IMG/VR virus record: IMGVR_UViG_3300033182_000875
Span: 1-29,183 of that record
DNA length: 29,183 bases
Direction: 5' to 3' (one strand)
From: a virus
This document shows positions 1 to 9,150 of the stretch, piece after piece (position 1 is the first letter of the stretch; the number at the start of each line of letters is the position of its first letter). The notes under the pieces are model-generated. The model was given only the letters and a program-made list of their open reading frames with translations. It was not told where the DNA came from and did not search any database. The translations under genes and the position numbers were made by a program.

Positions 1-141
1 ATTTTTTTTTTTGGCTTCAAAAAAGGAGGACCCCGAAAGGTCACTCCTCAATTTTTAGTTTAGTTGATTGTAACTCCTGACAATACATCAGAAAGTCCCA
101 ACCCGTCTGCGAGACGAACCATTGGTTCATCGCTGTAAGTA
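1..141. repeat. Terminal direct repeat, copy 1, identical to 29043..29183. Circular-assembly overlap or terminal redundancy; unit genome length is about 29,042 bp.
   Basis: Base-by-base comparison shows 1..141 equals 29043..29183, including the T11 run, the hairpin and the 3' end of the 60..599 gene. An overlap of 141 nt equals a commonly used maximum de Bruijn k-mer. Confidence 0.95.
25..47. terminator. Bidirectional rho-independent terminator hairpin (second copy at 29067..29089).
   Basis: GGAGGACC (25-32) pairs with GGTCACTCC (39-47): 8 bp with one bulge and a 6-nt loop. It is flanked by A6/T11 on one side and TCAATTTTT on the other, so a U-tract follows on either strand. It lies 13 nt downstream of the stop of the 60..599 gene. 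Confidence 0.75.
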
Positions 142-599
142 GTGATGGAAACACTGTAACCATTACGGTCACCAAACGCGGTTCCTGTAACACCCTCACC
201 AGCACTGACGAATCCTCCATCAAAATCACCTCCCAAGTAGAAGATGTTATCGTTGTTGTCAGTTACGAATAAAACGATACCACGGTTTCTTGCGAGTAAT
301 TTCAATTGGTCTCTTTTCGTTGAGTCAATTTTGTTCATGACCGCTGTGGTCAATTGTTCAAAATACGTCGTCCCATTTTCCAAAGACACCTGGAAAGTTT
401 CCGTCAAGTTACTTGTTTGTTTCTGTAACGAGAAGTGGTAAGTGTTACCCGTTCCCGTCGCTCCTGTAAGTTCACCCAATGAGTTGTAAGTTAATCCTGA
501 GATTTCACCCGAAAGGACATCAATACGCTTGATTCCACCAACGGAAGACGCACATCCCAAATCAATGTTTGAATTTACGAGACAATTTGAATAAGACAT
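60..599 (-). CDS. Virion structural protein, possibly the major tail (tube) protein.
   Basis: 179-aa ORF with an ATG at 599, lying immediately downstream of the capsid gene. It is beta-rich and Gly/Thr-rich. The segment NRGIVLFVTDNNDNIFYLGGDFDGG resembles the conserved core of siphovirus tube proteins. This is a by-eye assignment only. Confidence 0.4.
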   Translation of the reverse strand: MSYSNCLVNSNIDLGCASSVGGIKRIDVLSGEISGLTYNSLGELTGATGTGNTYHFSLQKQTSNLTETFQVSLENGTTYFEQLTTAVMNKIDSTKRDQLKLLARNRGIVLFVTDNNDNIFYLGGDFDGGFVSAGEGVTGTAFGDRNGYSVSITTYSDEPMVRLADGLGLSDVLSGVTIN

Positions 600-626
600 A
601 ACTTGTGTGTTTTATTAAATGGTTTA

Positions 627-1556
627 TTATAGGTTGTTTGTAACGAAGTATTCAGGGAACGCAATTTGTGCTCCGATTTTGAAGTTAGCACGGATTTTTA
701 CAACATCCACAGATTTGTCATAAAACGCCTCTAACCTTTCAGAGTCGTCCAACAAGTCAACACCAACAACCATGTACTCAGCAGGACCCATGTACACACC
801 GTCGTCGTTGATACCAGATGTTCCAACTACGCGGAAGTTTGTACCCGGATGAAGAGTTACATACTCTTTCATTTGGTCACCTTCCATTACCCATGGTTGG
901 TAGTAATTCGTGTCTCTTAAGTTAATAAGATATTTTCTGTACGCTGACATTGACATCCAGATAACGATGTCTGAGCGGTCAGCAACTTCGTTTGGTAACA
1001 ATTCAACCAACTTGTCAACCTCAGAGATTGCGTTAGATGAAGTGATTGCCGATGCGCCTGTAACCGCAACAACACCCGTTGTACCAGTTGAAATCAAAGT
1101 ACCGAACCCGTCAAAACAACTTGTACCAGTTGTCGCTCTCCATAACTGATTCTCAATGTATTCAGAGATTTGGTCAGCCTTTAATTGTACAATCATTTCC
1201 TCAAACGGAACAGATTCGTTGTAAGAACCTGCGTTCAAGAAAGCAGATTGGTAGTAATTGTTCAAGTCACGAGGACATAATTCTTCGTTGACCTTTTTGT
1301 CACATACAGTGATTTTACGAGTTGTGTAAGTTGTAGAACCTGAAGATGTCCAACCACACGCACCGTCTTGTACGTTCAATGTTGATGAAAGGATGTTGAT
1401 ATTTTGTGAACCTTTCACACCACTTTGAACATAACATAATTCAGCAGTTTTTCCTTTTACCACTGCTTCCGCAAGCATCAACCCACCCGTTTGGTCTGTG
1501 AAGGATTCCAAACCTGAAAGGTCAAATGAAAAGGAACTTTTGTCATACTTGTTCAT
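627..1556 (-). CDS. Major capsid protein (HK97-fold type).
   Basis: 309 aa, directly downstream of an acidic scaffold-like gene. Size and sequence pattern are typical of Bacteroidota-phage major capsid proteins. There is a 9-nt gap to the upstream gene. Confidence 0.75.
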   Translation of the reverse strand: MNKYDKSSFSFDLSGLESFTDQTGGLMLAEAVVKGKTAELCYVQSGVKGSQNINILSSTLNVQDGACGWTSSGSTTYTTRKITVCDKKVNEELCPRDLNNYYQSAFLNAGSYNESVPFEEMIVQLKADQISEYIENQLWRATTGTSCFDGFGTLISTGTTGVVAVTGASAITSSNAISEVDKLVELLPNEVADRSDIVIWMSMSAYRKYLINLRDTNYYQPWVMEGDQMKEYVTLHPGTNFRVVGTSGINDDGVYMGPAEYMVVGVDLLDDSERLEAFYDKSVDVVKIRANFKIGAQIAFPEYFVTNNL

Positions 1557-1565
1557 AATAAATGA

Positions 1566-2357
1566 TTATTTGTTTTTTGATTTTAATGCCTTAAGTTGTT
1601 CAATTCTTGAAAACTTATTTTTGTTTAACATTTCAATGTACTCCTCTCTGTGAGTACGTACGCGTTCACCCGCAGGTTCGGCACTGAACTTTTGGAAGTT
1701 CTCCTGTAAGGTGTCGTATTTTTCTCTCATCAATTCCAATTCAGTATTCAAGTGGTTGAAACCAGCAGTGAAGACTTCCAACATTTCGTTGAAATCAACT
1801 TCCTCTGATAACTCCTCTTCAACAACTTCCTTTTCCTCAATTTTAACGATAACAGAATCAACCGTCTCAATGAGTTTTCCGTCAACAGTTTCGTGAATCG
1901 CATCAGGTGCGTCCGTCAAACCTTCTTCAGTTTTCACTTGAATCTTGTCACCAATCTTCAATTCCTCTGAGTCAGTCTCAACGATAGTACCGTCAATCAA
2001 TTCAGCCGTAACCATTTTTACTTCTTCCTCAACTTCAACTTCTTCTTCCATTACCTCTTCTTCTTTTTCGTCTTCGTTTTCTTCCATGACCTCTTCCTCA
2101 ACCTCAATAGGTTCAATGTAGTCAATCTTGGTGATTTCACCGTCTTCACCGATGATAAGTTTCATACCATCTTCAAATTCAAATGTATCCTCAGGTGCTG
2201 GTAGTTCACCCTCAGGGGTAACCACGTATAATTTCTTACCCAATTCCACATCACCTTCAACTTTCATTTCAACACCATCTTTGGTTTTGATTGAAGAGAA
2301 CTTTTCAGAACCGAACAACAAGTGTTTGATTTTTTCAATCGCTTCTTTACTTGTCAT
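1566..2357 (-). CDS. Scaffolding protein.
   Basis: 263 aa, extremely Glu-rich (EEEVMEENEDEKEEEVMEEEVEVEEEV), with a helical C-terminus. It sits between the head-morphogenesis/protease gene and the capsid gene. Confidence 0.7.
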   Translation of the reverse strand: MTSKEAIEKIKHLLFGSEKFSSIKTKDGVEMKVEGDVELGKKLYVVTPEGELPAPEDTFEFEDGMKLIIGEDGEITKIDYIEPIEVEEEVMEENEDEKEEEVMEEEVEVEEEVKMVTAELIDGTIVETDSEELKIGDKIQVKTEEGLTDAPDAIHETVDGKLIETVDSVIVKIEEKEVVEEELSEEVDFNEMLEVFTAGFNHLNTELELMREKYDTLQENFQKFSAEPAGERVRTHREEYIEMLNKNKFSRIEQLKALKSKNK

Positions 2358-4026
2358 GTTTTGTATCTTTAAGAATTTGTTTTATTCCTTCCATAAGAAG
2401 GTCTTCCTTGGACATTACGATTTTCTCGGTGAAGTAACCCTCCACTGAGAACCCCGCATAATCCCCATTTTTGATTTCTTCCCACACCTTTGGAGAATCG
2501 GTCTTCATCGTGATGACCCATGTCCCCTCAGGGTAGTCCAATCCCAAGGCTTTTGATTTGTCGTTGTTCTCATCCGTGACCAACCACGATTCAACAACAT
2601 AAGTACCCTCGGCTTTTTCATCGGTGTGTTCAATGTTTACACTGTCCGATAATTTGTCACGAAGGAATTTTTGTGATAAGGTCTTGATGGTTTCCTTTGA
2701 GAAATACACGTAGAACTCACGACCCATCATATCACGACGAATAATCAACTTCTCAGGTATCATTGCGGCACCTGTGATTTCCATTTTGTCATCGTCGTAA
2801 TTGAATGAGAATTGTTTACTGTTTTCACTCCTTACACAATTTGGAACCACTTTCCCATCTTTTACTTTTGTTCCATAAGCAACATATCCCGCTTGACACG
2901 GGTTCTCATATAAGAATGCGGTTTCTTCAACAACGGTCTTACCCGTTGAGTCAACATAAGGTTCAAGAGCACTTACGTCAATACTCATCTCCTCACGATT
3001 GATACGAGTTTCCAACCACTTCTCAGCGGAATCACACTCGTCCTTTGAACGACATCCCCATGCTGCCATGGCCAGTTTTCCACATCCCTCGTCATAACTC
3101 TTTGAGGTATCCAAATCCTTTCTGTGACGGGTGATGTAGTTCTTCATGCGTTTCATCGTCTCCAATGAAATCGGTTTTTTCTGTGCGAGTTGTTGGGCCC
3201 TGACTTTTCCTGTTTGGGTCATACAACCGTTTGGATTACCACTTTCCTCAATGTAATTCAGAGCGACTTGCGCTGCGTCCGACATGTATTGAGGGTAATC
3301 GGTAAATGACTCAAATTCCTCAGCACTCATTCGGTTCCTTCTTGCCCTCGCTGCGGCAGTTGGTTTGGTTTCCGTTGGTACGTTGATGAGGTATTGTGTC
3401 CCTTCCAAATTTCTCTTCCTCTTATCCGAAACCAAGATTCTGTTTTCGGTGGCTGTCTTACCAACTTCTTTTCCTTTGTAAACGAGTTCAACCCAATCGT
3501 GACGACAGTTGTACGAACCGCGATAAGTAAAAATATCATACTCACCGAATTCTTCGTTCGCCATCTCGTCCGTCATACGTTGGATGTCCTCAATACGATA
3601 GACACGACCCGCACTCATCATTGCGGCACAGAAGTCACGATTCTTACTGTCTTGTGGACCGACATATTTGTAACGGATTCTTGTTCCCGCATAATCCTGA
3701 CCTGAGACCTCATTGGGTTGTGATGAAATATCACCGACAAATTGGTGTTGATGGAACTTGAAACCAGGACCGATTTTCTTAACCGATACAATCTCAAATC
3801 CTTCCTCTTCCAATTGACCAGCAGGTTCACCCATCTTACCAAGAAGGACACCCAATTCATACATCTCCTCAGGGGTCAATCTCTCAAAGATTGGTTTTTT
3901 CTCTTGGTTAAACGCCATCCAATTTTCCTCATGTGCGGGATTTTTGACCAACGCAATACCGTCAATACCAATGAAGGTGTCAGCGGTCTCGTCCAACATG
4001 TCCACAAGTAACTCAACAATTCTCAT
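2347..4026 (-). CDS. Minor head protein: a Mu F / SPP1 gp7-like head-morphogenesis domain fused to an XkdF-like putative prohead protease domain.
   Basis: The central motif YRGSYNCRHDW is the Mu F-family signature. The C-terminal stretch VNIEHTDEKAEGTYVVESWLV...WEEIKNGDYAGFSVEGYF matches the XkdF pattern. The track ORF starts at a TTG (4032); the first ATG is at 4026 (MRIVELL). Confidence 0.75.
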   Translation of the reverse strand: MRIVELLVDMLDETADTFIGIDGIALVKNPAHEENWMAFNQEKKPIFERLTPEEMYELGVLLGKMGEPAGQLEEEGFEIVSVKKIGPGFKFHQHQFVGDISSQPNEVSGQDYAGTRIRYKYVGPQDSKNRDFCAAMMSAGRVYRIEDIQRMTDEMANEEFGEYDIFTYRGSYNCRHDWVELVYKGKEVGKTATENRILVSDKRKRNLEGTQYLINVPTETKPTAAARARRNRMSAEEFESFTDYPQYMSDAAQVALNYIEESGNPNGCMTQTGKVRAQQLAQKKPISLETMKRMKNYITRHRKDLDTSKSYDEGCGKLAMAAWGCRSKDECDSAEKWLETRINREEMSIDVSALEPYVDSTGKTVVEETAFLYENPCQAGYVAYGTKVKDGKVVPNCVRSENSKQFSFNYDDDKMEITGAAMIPEKLIIRRDMMGREFYVYFSKETIKTLSQKFLRDKLSDSVNIEHTDEKAEGTYVVESWLVTDENNDKSKALGLDYPEGTWVITMKTDSPKVWEEIKNGDYAGFSVEGYFTEKIVMSKEDLLMEGIKQILKDTKHDK

Positions 4027-4029
4027 TAC

Positions 4030-4041
4030 CAATAAATATAA
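4030..4041 (-). promoter_or_regulatory. Late-class motif TTATATTTATTG (minus strand), 3 nt upstream of the ATG at 4026.
   Basis: The plus-strand sequence caataaatataa is an identical 12-mer to 15419..15430. It contains a -7-like box, TATATTTA, and no TTTG lies 19-20 nt upstream. Confidence 0.45.
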
Positions 4042-4060
4042 ATTTGTCCCGAATAATTGA

Positions 4061-6085
4061 TTATATCAACGAACGGGTTTTAATGACCCTGTCAAGTTGT
4101 TGTTGAGAGGTCACATCTGAACTTACCACGTAAGTCTTTATCACCGGTGTTTCTTGGTTTGAAGGTTGAGAAGAACTTTGGTTCAATCCCTTGAATCTCT
4201 TTCCTCCACCGAGTTCGTTAATCAAAGATAAGGTCTCATAAAACATTCCCGTACTTCTTGCGTTGATTACGGCTTCCCCGTCTGAGAGCCTCGCAGTAAC
4301 GGAATCACTCATTGAGGTACCAGGTCCTTCAACCATACCCCCCGTGTTGAATGTTGGGATTTCCACAGAGTTAATTTCTTGAACCTGTTTCAAACCTGCC
4401 GCGATGATACCCGCAATCAATATCGGTTTCAAGATTGTTGGTAAGGTTTCATCTGAGATTACCTGTGAAGCACCAAGGTAAGTGTTGATGAGCGCCTGTG
4501 CGGATGCCGCCGCCTTACCTGCCGCAGTCTCCTCACCCAATATTCCTGTGAGTGCTTGTGCGGCGGCCCCTGCGGTCGCAATCTTCTTGTTCATCTGCTC
4601 AATGTCAAACTTGTTCAGATTTTCCTGAGACGCTTTGTACTGGTCATCGTATCTCTTTCTTATGAGGGCCTTTTCCGCTTCGGTCAAATTCTCATTCTCC
4701 AATTCCAACATCATACGTTGGTCAAGAAGTGTTTTCAACGCCGCAAGGTCTTCCTCGTTTTCAATTTCCAACAGTTGTAATCTTGCGTCCAAATCTCTTT
4801 GACGGATTTCAAGGACTTTCTGCTGTGCGGCATCCGCATCGTCAACCATCTTATCAAATCTTTCCTGTGCCTCTTTTTGTTCTTGGTCACGTAAGACCTT
4901 GAGACCGTTTTGGTATTTCTGTTCAACCTTGGTTCTGAGTTCCGCTTTCTCCTCATCACTGGCAACCAAAGTTTCAATTTGTTCCAATTCAGCATCACGG
5001 GTGATTTTGAGTTGTTCCTTAGCACGTTCTCTTTCGTCAGTAATCAATTCCAAATTAAGACCTTGACGGAAGTCTGCGAGCGCTTGCTCTTGGGCCTCAA
5101 TCTCTTTACGGACCCTTTCGGCTTCCGCAATCCTTTTATCATTCAACATCTTACGTTGGTCAAAGACCTGTTTCTCTTGACGAAGAGATTGTTGTTCAAT
5201 CTGTGCGAGTTTAATTCTTTGAGCCGCAAGAGCATCCAAAGTTTCAGCATCCGAATCACTTTGGGCCGCAAGGGTTTCCATCGCTTGTAACCTTTGACGT
5301 TCCAACGCAAGTTCTTGTTGGAGGAGTTCTTTCTCAGCCTCACTTACCTTCTCCAAGGCCTTAACCCTTTCATCGTAAGATAAAGTCTCGTCATTGATGA
5401 GTAACTTAGCGGCCGCAATTTCTTTGTTTTGTTCCGCACGAGCGACAGACAATTCTCTCGTCGCATCCTTTACTCGTTGGAGGGTTTCAGTCGCTTCCGC
5501 AGCAACACGGAATTCCTCGGCCATCTCGGCCCCAATCCCTGATACCGCACCTCTGAAATCTTCAACCGCACCTTTAAGGTCACCCTTGAAAAACTTCAGT
5601 AACGCACCACCAACTTTTAAGACACGGTCACGTAATACATCCATCACCGCAGACAATCCCGCCATGACTTTCTCCAATGTTTCCGCACCCGCCTTTGTTG
5701 AGGTGAACGCCTTATACAATGCGGTAACCGCAAGAACGATTGCCGTGATGACCGCCCCAATTGGGTTCATCGCAAGAGCCTTCAAAGCAGTACCAAATCC
5801 TTTGATACCTTGAACCACCTGACCGACAGGACCAGGGATTGACGATAGTTGGTCACCCAATCCCTTACTGGAATTTTTCGCTTTCTCAAGTGCCCCCTCA
5901 GCGTTCTTAACTTGTTTGGAGAGTTTCTTGAATTCCTCACTCCCAATTTCAGCCTTACCGAGTTCTGAGTTCAAATCACTCACTGCGGTGTTTAATCCAT
6001 CAAGGGATGATGCGGTCTTTTCAACTTCTTTAACCCCGTCTGCGGTTTCAATCTTTATCTTGTATGTAAATGTCTTATCTGCCAT
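4061..6085 (-). CDS. Tape-measure-like protein.
   Basis: 674 aa. It has a long Ala/Glu/Lys/Gln coiled-coil core, hydrophobic segments (AMNPIGAVITAIVLAVTALY and ILKPILIAGIIAAGL) and a C-terminal GGMVEGPGTSMSDSVTARLSDGEAVIN motif typical of tape-measure proteins. Confidence 0.65.
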   Translation of the reverse strand: MADKTFTYKIKIETADGVKEVEKTASSLDGLNTAVSDLNSELGKAEIGSEEFKKLSKQVKNAEGALEKAKNSSKGLGDQLSSIPGPVGQVVQGIKGFGTALKALAMNPIGAVITAIVLAVTALYKAFTSTKAGAETLEKVMAGLSAVMDVLRDRVLKVGGALLKFFKGDLKGAVEDFRGAVSGIGAEMAEEFRVAAEATETLQRVKDATRELSVARAEQNKEIAAAKLLINDETLSYDERVKALEKVSEAEKELLQQELALERQRLQAMETLAAQSDSDAETLDALAAQRIKLAQIEQQSLRQEKQVFDQRKMLNDKRIAEAERVRKEIEAQEQALADFRQGLNLELITDERERAKEQLKITRDAELEQIETLVASDEEKAELRTKVEQKYQNGLKVLRDQEQKEAQERFDKMVDDADAAQQKVLEIRQRDLDARLQLLEIENEEDLAALKTLLDQRMMLELENENLTEAEKALIRKRYDDQYKASQENLNKFDIEQMNKKIATAGAAAQALTGILGEETAAGKAAASAQALINTYLGASQVISDETLPTILKPILIAGIIAAGLKQVQEINSVEIPTFNTGGMVEGPGTSMSDSVTARLSDGEAVINARSTGMFYETLSLINELGGGKRFKGLNQSSSQPSNQETPVIKTYVVSSDVTSQQQLDRVIKTRSLI

Positions 6086-6095
6086 GATTTACTTT

Positions 6096-6103
6096 GAAAT
6101 ATA
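6096..6103 (-). promoter_or_regulatory. Weak late-class -7-like box TATATTTC, 10 nt upstream of the ATG at 6085.
   Basis: The minus strand reads TAA-ATTATATTTCAAAGTAAATC-ATG in the 20-nt gap between genes. Confidence 0.25.
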
Positions 6104-6105
6104 AT

Positions 6106-9100
6106 TTATCGTGGACATGAAGAACAATCGTTGTACGATAATCCCGTATCGTAAACATCGTATGGTCCACTGCCCGTTGAATTAATCTGCCAGCAATTTC
6201 CGTCATTACCTTTAACCACCTTACCAGGAACGTAGAATGTATTGGACCCCAATACTCTTGTATCCAATGGGTCATCACAATTTTCAACATTGTAGTAATT
6301 ACTCACCGATGGGAAATTGGATGGTGTTGGAGTTGGTGAAGGTGTCACCCCAGGGGTTGCCGTTGGTTGTGGTGTTGGAGATTTAATCGGTGTTCTTGTT
6401 ATGGACGGAGTTACCGTATTTGTCGGCGTTATGGATGGGGTTACCGTATTTGTTGGTGTGATAGATGGGGTTACCGTATTTGTTGGTGTGATAGATGGAG
6501 TCACCGATGGTGATGGTGTCGGTGTTGGGTTCGGTGGGTCTTCCTCGTAAAAAGCGTCAAAACCACCACCGTCAAGAAGAGTTGTTGTACAGGTACATCC
6601 CGACTGATACACATCCGTCAAGTCCACCCTTTGGTAAGTATATCCTGAATTGTAAGTTCCCGCAGAAACCGTGTAACAGGTTCCATCAATCTTCACATTG
6701 TATCCCTTGTATGCGTACACACCAAAGGTCAAATCCGTTGAGGTATGAAGGTCATCACCTCCACCACAGTTGATAAGGTCATAATACCTCACCCTGTGAC
6801 CAGGATATTGTTTGGTCAACTTAATCAATTCCACATCTGCCAGACCACCCTCCAATAATGAGTAGTTCCAAATTCTGTTGATACGGAATAGGGTGTTGTC
6901 CACAAATATCTTCTCAGAGAAATCCAACTCGGCGAGTTCATGAGGTTCAAAATACATCTTACAACTGACCAACCTGTTTTCATCAGAAATCAAATCCTCC
7001 ACAAAGTCCTTCCAATAGATGTCGTACAAATCTTCGTACTGAGATAAGTCTCTTTCATCCGCTGAATGTCTGTGGTCCTTGTTCCAGTTCATAGAATGTG
7101 TAAGTTCTGAAACCCCCCAAGGATATGTGATGAATCGGTTGTTGTTGTACCAATACTGTTGGGTCGTTGGTGAGGTTCCATCGGTATCTGCGAGATTCCA
7201 AAACTGAGTGGTTCCCGATTGTCTTACCGAGTTGATTGGAATTGGAACCGAACGGAACAACATTCTCGGTGGTGTCTTATATGGTTTGAACTGAGACGCA
7301 ACAATACCATCCACATCTTGGACCTCCTCCAAGAAATACATCGGCATTGTCAATCCCTTCACAAGGTCGGTCACGTTCAAAGTGTAATCCGTCTGTGAGG
7401 AGAAGATGTTGTCCATACCAATAATACGGTCACGGAAATCCTGATTCAATCTCACCTGATTACTTCCGAACTTTTTGTCCCTCTTGAATTTGAACAGTTG
7501 GTTACCATAACCCTCATCATCCGCATAAGTGAAATCAATCGTACCATTTAAGATGGTCTCAATCGGTTGAACATTGATGGGTTGACTCCTGTCCACCTTC
7601 TGTGTCCAATCCAAAGTCTGACCTTTACCCAACCAATCAATCACGGGTTCCACCCTCAAGGTCTTGGGTTTATCCGAATCAGGGATGACCAATAAATTGA
7701 AGAGTTTGTTGATACCCGTGATAAAGTCAATCTGTTTAACATTCGGGTCAGGTATTTCAATGGACGGGTCAAAGGTATCGTCGGTGATAAATCTCGGTCC
7801 ATCAATAATGTTGAATTGAACCGATGCGAGGTTAATCTGCCAGCCAGGAAGGGTAAGGTCAGGAACGAAGTCCAACGCATAAACATAGTTACCCGTGATG
7901 TTGTCATTTTGGAAAGAGAACCTTTCAACGATTTCTTGTGGTGCTTCACCCTCACGTAATACCCTCAAACTTGTGGAGTAAATGGTCTGACCCGTGTTGA
8001 AAGGTGTACCACCCGTCTGTGTTAAATCCCTCGTTCTGAATTTCATCTGATGAGGGATGATGACAGGGATATTCCCTTGGTCAGGGACATACGCAGTGTA
8101 TCGTATCTCCGCAGTATACAACCCTGGTTTACTCAGGTAAATGTAATTCGGGGAATAGTCACCAGCACCGAAGTTGTCGGTATCCGTATAGTTGTTCGGA
8201 ACACGGTAACAATCTTCATTACCATTGTCAGTATCAGTGAAGGTGATTGATGTCGTTGGAATACTTCCTCCCGTAATCGGTGTATACTCATTTGAGAATT
8301 GGTATTCAGGAACGTAAGAGTTCAACGGATACAAGGTCTCATTGGAGAAGGTCAATGGGGTATACAATCTGTTGAAGTATGCGGTGTCCATAAAATCACT
8401 CTCAATGGTGTAACCGGCCTCAGAGAAAATCCTCTCGTAAAAGATTTTGGTTTTGATACTTGGAACCATATACCAATCAGGAACGAAATACGCCGTTGGT
8501 GAATCCACATCCCAGAAATCATTGGATGTTTGGGACGGATACGGCCAGTTCAGACGGGGAACATCCGAAGCAACAATTTCTTGAGCCCCCGTGACGTTAT
8601 CCGCAACATATGAGTAACCCTTGTTGATGACGGTCATATACACATCACCGTTTACATACGGACGGGTGTCCGCAGATAAAGACGGGTCCAAGTCAGGGTC
8701 CGTAAGGTAATGGTTGACCACCTCAGTATATCCCGTGAAAGATAAGTCCTGTAAATCCAAATCCCCAAGGTACTTATCCCCGATGTTGGAAACCACATCA
8801 CCAATCTGATTGTAAAAGGTAACCGAATAAATAATCTCGTTCTTAATCCTTGATACCGACTCCAATCTCAAGAACCCCTGATACAGAATCATCCCGTTGT
8901 CAATGAGTTCACATTCAAATTTCCTGCGAGCCTCATAGTCAAGGGTCAACGCATTGAAATCGTAGTAATGATTGAAGATGTCGTTGTTGTTCTTACTTCC
9001 TGGTAATTTGAAGGACTGAGTAAACACGGAATTCTTTACCGTGATGTCCTCAATCTCCGCATATGAGATGGATACCTTGATATCCTCATCTCCATAAAAA

Positions 9101-9147
9101 TCAATGAGTCTGTGTTTTCCGTTTAAGGTCGTTCTTATCTGTAACAT
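6106..9147 (-). CDS. Large tail/baseplate protein. It carries two paralogous C-terminal Cys-containing modules separated by a repetitive Pro/Thr linker.
   Basis: 1013 aa. The C-terminus reads YYDLINC...DGTCYTV...GCTC, then the linker [11 protein letters not shown]([10 protein letters not shown])x3..., then YYNVENC...DGNCWQI...CSSC. Confidence 0.6.
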   Translation of the reverse strand: MLQIRTTLNGKHRLIDFYGDEDIKVSISYAEIEDITVKNSVFTQSFKLPGSKNNNDIFNHYYDFNALTLDYEARRKFECELIDNGMILYQGFLRLESVSRIKNEIIYSVTFYNQIGDVVSNIGDKYLGDLDLQDLSFTGYTEVVNHYLTDPDLDPSLSADTRPYVNGDVYMTVINKGYSYVADNVTGAQEIVASDVPRLNWPYPSQTSNDFWDVDSPTAYFVPDWYMVPSIKTKIFYERIFSEAGYTIESDFMDTAYFNRLYTPLTFSNETLYPLNSYVPEYQFSNEYTPITGGSIPTTSITFTDTDNGNEDCYRVPNNYTDTDNFGAGDYSPNYIYLSKPGLYTAEIRYTAYVPDQGNIPVIIPHQMKFRTRDLTQTGGTPFNTGQTIYSTSLRVLREGEAPQEIVERFSFQNDNITGNYVYALDFVPDLTLPGWQINLASVQFNIIDGPRFITDDTFDPSIEIPDPNVKQIDFITGINKLFNLLVIPDSDKPKTLRVEPVIDWLGKGQTLDWTQKVDRSQPINVQPIETILNGTIDFTYADDEGYGNQLFKFKRDKKFGSNQVRLNQDFRDRIIGMDNIFSSQTDYTLNVTDLVKGLTMPMYFLEEVQDVDGIVASQFKPYKTPPRMLFRSVPIPINSVRQSGTTQFWNLADTDGTSPTTQQYWYNNNRFITYPWGVSELTHSMNWNKDHRHSADERDLSQYEDLYDIYWKDFVEDLISDENRLVSCKMYFEPHELAELDFSEKIFVDNTLFRINRIWNYSLLEGGLADVELIKLTKQYPGHRVRYYDLINCGGGDDLHTSTDLTFGVYAYKGYNVKIDGTCYTVSAGTYNSGYTYQRVDLTDVYQSGCTCTTTLLDGGGFDAFYEEDPPNPTPTPSPSVTPSITPTNTVTPSITPTNTVTPSITPTNTVTPSITRTPIKSPTPQPTATPGVTPSPTPTPSNFPSVSNYYNVENCDDPLDTRVLGSNTFYVPGKVVKGNDGNCWQINSTGSGPYDVYDTGLSYNDCSSCPR
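6401..6520. repeat. Tandem 30-bp repeat, about 3.5 copies, encoding ([10 protein letters not shown])n of the Pro/Thr linker.
   Basis: Units lie at 6401-6430, 6431-6460 and 6461-6490, with a degenerate unit at 6491-6520. Copies 2 and 3 differ at one position. Confidence 0.9.
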
Positions 9148-9150
9148 GGA

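Noticed and set aside
6401-6520. The regularly spaced 30-bp repeats here and at 26052..26141 could be mistaken for a mini CRISPR array.
   Set aside because: The units are directly adjacent with no spacers. They lie in frame inside long ORFs and encode Pro/Thr decapeptides. No cas genes are present.
6317-6550. A plus-strand ORF encoding a Gly/Val-rich repeat protein ([18 protein letters not shown]...).
   Set aside because: It is the reverse-complement reading of the Pro/Thr linker repeat of the 1013-aa tail protein, so it is an artefact of the tandem repeat.
6106-9147. A diversity-generating retroelement targeting the Cys-rich C-terminal modules of the tail protein.
   Set aside because: No reverse transcriptase ORF is present. 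I could find no template-repeat/variable-repeat pair with adenine-specific mismatches. The only repeats are the in-frame linker repeats.
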